Shown here piece by piece: positions 60,509 to 64,000 of a DNA stretch of 64,000 nt; positions within the stretch are counted from its first letter, which is position 1; the number at the start of each line of letters is the position of its first letter. Source of the stretch: Candidatus Krumholzibacteriia bacterium (lineage in GTDB: Bacteria > Krumholzibacteriota > Krumholzibacteriia > Krumholzibacteriales > Krumholzibacteriaceae); assembly GCA_963836185.1 (NCBI GenBank), contig CAWIIQ010000001.1, forward strand, positions 800,001 to 864,000, in the 5' to 3' direction. Position numbers and translations under genes: made by a program. A model generated the notes under the pieces. That model was not told the DNA's origin, did no database searches, and saw only the letters and a program-made list of their open reading frames with translations.

Positions 60509-61764
60509 CCCTTATCCTGGGTTCTTTCGATGTCCGCTCCGAGCGCACAGAGCTTATTCTCCAGATGCTCGTAGCCTCGGTCTATCTGGTATATGTTATC
60601 GATCGTCGTCTCGCCATCGCTTATCAGCCCGATGAGGACTTCGGCAGCTCCTCCTCTGAGGTCAGTCGCACGGACCGCTGCTCCAGTCAGCTCCTTGCCG
60701 CCTTTGACGACCGCGCAGTTGCCGTAATGGTGAATGTCGGCACCGAACGATTTCAGTTCCTTGACGTAGGCGAAACGGTCGGTGAACCGCTGGTCGGTGA
60801 TGGTAGACTCACCTGAAGCCTTAAGGGCCAGGGCCGCGAAAAGTGGTTGCATGTCGGAATTTACACCGGGGTATGGTGCGGTGAACATGTCGAATGGCTG
60901 GACGCCTTTCCTGCCGGAGATATAGACCGAACCGCCCCATTCGAAGATCTCTATCCCGCTTTCGCGAAGGTAGTTCGCGTCGACGCGTACGTGATCGAGG
61001 TTATAGTCCTTTATAACGACATCGCCCCCGGTCATCCCGGCGGCGATCATGTAGGTCATCGCCTCGTCCCCGCCCTTCATTATCCTGTGCTTTGTCCCGG
61101 TCAGGCTCTTGACGCCTTCGATCTCTATCAGTCGGCTCGATATCTTTATATCAGCCCCCATGCTGTTGAGAAAATTCGCGAAATCTTCTATCTCGGGACG
61201 TGTGTTGGCGTTTCTTATGACCGTCTTTCCTTCGGCAAGGCATGCGCCGATCATGATATTTTCCGTTCCTGATGTAGTCGGAAGGTAGAACTCTATATCG
61301 GCGCCCTTGAGTTTATCAACGCTTCCGAATATTCCCTTGTCGGTCACCTCCATCTCGGCTCCGAGGTCCTGGAGGCCCTTTATATGAAGGTCGAATTTTC
61401 TTGATCCGATATCGCAGCCTCCCGGGAAGGGAAGCTCCACCTTGCCGAACCTGTTGAGGAAGGCACCTAGAAGTAGGAGTGAATACCGGATCCGTGTAAC
61501 CAGGTCAAGTGGCAGGGCCGGGTCGTTGATACCGGAAGGATCGATGGTGACCGAATTACCTTTGACTTCGACTTTCGCTCCGATACTCCTGATGATTTCG
61601 ATAGCAACCTTGATGTCCTCCATCAGCACGGGAACGTTTTCGAGTTCAACGATGCCGCCACTGATGATGGAGCCAAAAAGGATCGGCAGGGAGGCGTTCT
61701 TGGCCCCACTGAGGTCGATTTCACCATTCAACCTGTTTCCGCCTGCTATCCTGAATAAAGCCAT
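60505..61764 (-). CDS. murA: UDP-N-acetylglucosamine 1-carboxyvinyltransferase (divergent MurA)
   Basis: SGAKNASLP, PGGCDIGSR, TENI, PYPG..SDMQ, ATDLRGG and IDRGYE. AGGAG RBS before ATG 61764. Confidence 0.92.
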   Translation of the reverse strand: MALFRIAGGNRLNGEIDLSGAKNASLPILFGSIISGGIVELENVPVLMEDIKVAIEIIRSIGAKVEVKGNSVTIDPSGINDPALPLDLVTRIRYSLLLLGAFLNRFGKVELPFPGGCDIGSRKFDLHIKGLQDLGAEMEVTDKGIFGSVDKLKGADIEFYLPTTSGTENIMIGACLAEGKTVIRNANTRPEIEDFANFLNSMGADIKISSRLIEIEGVKSLTGTKHRIMKGGDEAMTYMIAAGMTGGDVVIKDYNLDHVRVDANYLRESGIEIFEWGGSVYISGRKGVQPFDMFTAPYPGVNSDMQPLFAALALKASGESTITDQRFTDRFAYVKELKSFGADIHHYGNCAVVKGGKELTGAAVRATDLRGGAAEVLIGLISDGETTIDNIYQIDRGYEHLENKLCALGADIERTQDKG

Positions 61765-61980
61765 ATTATCTCTCCTGAAAATCAGATGATTTCGATGCGT
61801 TTTCAGCCATAAGTGCAAAAATCGTTCAAAAACGCCTGAAAAAAGTCATTTTAGTATAATGATCCTGATCCAGAGCCGTTTCAATGAGGTTAAAGTAATG
61901 GAACTTAAAATGCTACAACAGATTTTAATTGTAAGGATGGTTGCATTGATTTAGGTTTTTCGAAACCGACGGAGCCATAG

Positions 61981-64000
61981 ATGATCAGAAAAATACCTGT
62001 CCTGATAATTCTGCTTAGCGCTGTCTCGCTGATATTCAGTGTTCCTCAGCCGTTCAGGTTTATCTGTGGCTTTCTGCAGGTATTCGTGCTGCCGGGGCTG
62101 ATATTTTCATATCTGTTCCTCGGGACAGGTTTTTCAAGGACAGACAGGTCCTTCTTCTCGATCCTGATCTCACCTATCCTGATATCCCTGATGATCATCG
62201 CAGTGACTGTCCTGACCGGAGATATTTATAGCAGTGTCAAGGTCACACTTGCCATGCTTTACTTCTTCCTGGTCGCGATTATTGTTCTGAGGCGAAAGAG
62301 CAGGGCTGCTGACGATGACGCCGGCATGCCGTGGCAGGTTCTGGCTGTCGCGTTCATCTTTGCCGGTATTATCCTGTTCTCATATCTCTATAATTCATTC
62401 CTTCTGTTACGTTCCGATTCCTGGTATCACGCTTCTGTCATCAATGAGGTCGCCAAACGCGGGATACCCCCGATGGAGCCATGGCTCGCCGACTTTCCGA
62501 TCAAATACATGTGGCTCTACCATCTTTTTAACGCGGTTTGGATGAAACTCTCCGGCCTTCCACTTTTCTGGGCGATGGGTATCTTCAATGTGGTCACTGC
62601 TTTCGTGTTCCCGTACCTGATCGCGAGGTACATCTCATGCTTTACGGATAAAAAGTACCTCATAATCTCCGCATCGATCCTTGCTCTCGCCGGGCTGGAA
62701 TCTGTGTCGTGGATCATGGTTCCGGTCGGTCTGTTAAGAACTATGTTCGGAGAGGTAAGAGGCATGGTGGAGATCCAGAGGATGCTCTCCGCTATGGTAA
62801 TCAACGGGTCCCATGTCATTCACACGCTCACCCCTTATGGATCCTGGATGGTCAACCTGTACGACAAGTTTATTACGGTCACTGCCTTCAGCTACTCGTT
62901 GAACCTCTTCCTGGGCGCGCTGATTCTCGTTCTGAACAGGAGATTTCTGCTGGAATCTCGAGTGAGGGCCTCGATAGCGATCTTCACGCTTGTACTGGGA
63001 GCTATCCTTTTCCACGCGGTGACCGGAACAGCCCTGGTCATGACGATAATAGGAGCATGCATCCTTCTGGTCATTTTCGGCAGGTATCTGTTGAAGGATA
63101 CCCCGGGATTTGAAGTCAAATACATCCCGATGGCGGCAGCCTTTCTGGCAGCTGTCCTGAGCCTTCCTTATGTATTATCACTTGGAGGGGGAGCAGGAGG
63201 AGAGGGTAGCAATGTATTCTCGGAGCATCTGCACCTGGGTATAATGAGCATCATCACAATAGCGCTGCCTATGCTCGTTCTGTTCTTCCCGGCAAGGACC
63301 GCCTTGAGAAAACTGATCGGGAGGCGGGATTACCGAGCGGCAGTGCTGATCTGCTGGTCGGTGGCTCTTCTTATGATCGCGATAGTGATCAACCTTCCTA
63401 CGGTCAATGACTCCAAACTGATCTTCCCCCTGTTTTTGATAATCGGGCCTCCGATCTATATAGAGATCATTGAAAAGATCAGGGGGAGCTCAGGACTGAA
63501 GAAGGTGTTGATCGTCTTCTCCGTGATTATGTTGTTTTTTGTTCCTCCGGTGTTGACTTTCAGGGGATTCATCATACAAAGAGCCGATACGGATATCATG
63601 TTGAGGAGGGATGACATTACAGCGGACGACAAGCGTTTCTTCGAGTGGATAAGAAAGAACACTCCTGATGATGCGATCATCATCGAGAACAACAGCTATC
63701 ATCTCGTGCCTGTATTCGCGGACAGAAGAAATCTCTATTCGACACAGGGTGTGATAAGGGTGCTCGGATATGGCGGAGAGAAGATGGAGATGTACGGGAA
63801 GATCCAGGCCTCGCTGTTCGGAGAGGATGGATTCTCCGAAGAGACTATCCTCGAAATGGGGAGGATCGATTCGAAGCTCTATATCGCGCTGTGGCGGGTG
63901 GATCTCGAGGCCTGTCCCTGGCTTTCGGCCAGATTCTCGGAGGACTCGAAGTATTTCAAGCAGGTATTCGCCAGCGACAGGGTCTCGCTTTATACCCTGA
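61981..64000 (+). CDS. Polytopic membrane protein, GT-C-like, 3'-truncated by window edge (absent from the ORF track)
   Basis: Frame reads from ATG 61981 (MIRKIPVLIIL) to the window end with no stop seen. VLPG, RSDSWYH..I...GIPP.EPW....IKYMWLYH, and WIRKNTPDDAII. Confidence 0.8.
   Translation, partial: MIRKIPVLIILLSAVSLIFSVPQPFRFICGFLQVFVLPGLIFSYLFLGTGFSRTDRSFFSILISPILISLMIIAVTVLTGDIYSSVKVTLAMLYFFLVAIIVLRRKSRAADDDAGMPWQVLAVAFIFAGIILFSYLYNSFLLLRSDSWYHASVINEVAKRGIPPMEPWLADFPIKYMWLYHLFNAVWMKLSGLPLFWAMGIFNVVTAFVFPYLIARYISCFTDKKYLIISASILALAGLESVSWIMVPVGLLRTMFGEVRGMVEIQRMLSAMVINGSHVIHTLTPYGSWMVNLYDKFITVTAFSYSLNLFLGALILVLNRRFLLESRVRASIAIFTLVLGAILFHAVTGTALVMTIIGACILLVIFGRYLLKDTPGFEVKYIPMAAAFLAAVLSLPYVLSLGGGAGGEGSNVFSEHLHLGIMSIITIALPMLVLFFPARTALRKLIGRRDYRAAVLICWSVALLMIAIVINLPTVNDSKLIFPLFLIIGPPIYIEIIEKIRGSSGLKKVLIVFSVIMLFFVPPVLTFRGFIIQRADTDIMLRRDDITADDKRFFEWIRKNTPDDAIIIENNSYHLVPVFADRRNLYSTQGVIRVLGYGGEKMEMYGKIQASLFGEDGFSEETILEMGRIDSKLYIALWRVDLEACPWLSARFSEDSKYFKQVFASDRVSLYTL

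Noticed and set aside
1-64000. Numerous long overlapping alternative-frame ORFs (e.g. 38..1027, 14176..15309, 18726..19868, 32684..33598, 34846..35934)
   Set aside because: R/P/G/S-rich shadow frames of recognisable genes in GC-rich DNA, with no motifs of their own.

Overview
Bacterial chromosomal window of moderately high GC. A C-terminal FlgD/T9SS-like sorting domain and expanded membrane Hanks kinase-TPR paralogues suggest an FCB-group lineage such as Krumholzibacteria or Latescibacteria (inference). Five blocks are visible. (1) 1-8.8 kb: OFA-family MFS, udk, a degenerate nucleotidyltransferase, folE, an ECF sigma/Zn anti-sigma pair and an MMPL-LolA-like-barrel-DUF2892 export operon. (2) 8.8-26 kb: a plastic region of secreted and lipoprotein genes, a collapsed vapBC fusion, an MFS-spermidine-synthase-TPR fusion and three Ser/Thr kinase paralogues, one fused head-less and one truncated. 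(3) An M1/M28/PDZ peptidase and fbp. (4) 30.5-37 kb: an SOS mutagenesis cassette with no recognisable imuA: lexA, a 72-aa mini S24-like protein, DUF3795, a DinB/ImuB-like gene, an inserted membrane gene and dnaE2. It is preceded by a sigma70 promoter with TTCGG direct repeats and a long hairpin leader. (5) 37-64 kb: a surface-glycan locus with GT4s, two CapK-like ligases, CapA, an AsnB-like and a PP-loop enzyme, Wzx, two GT-C-like proteins and an embedded murA-murB pair. About 20 single-base frameshifts between 3 and 43 kb look like long-read consensus errors, so split genes are reported as reconstructed loci. No rRNA, tRNA, CRISPR array or transposase was recognised.
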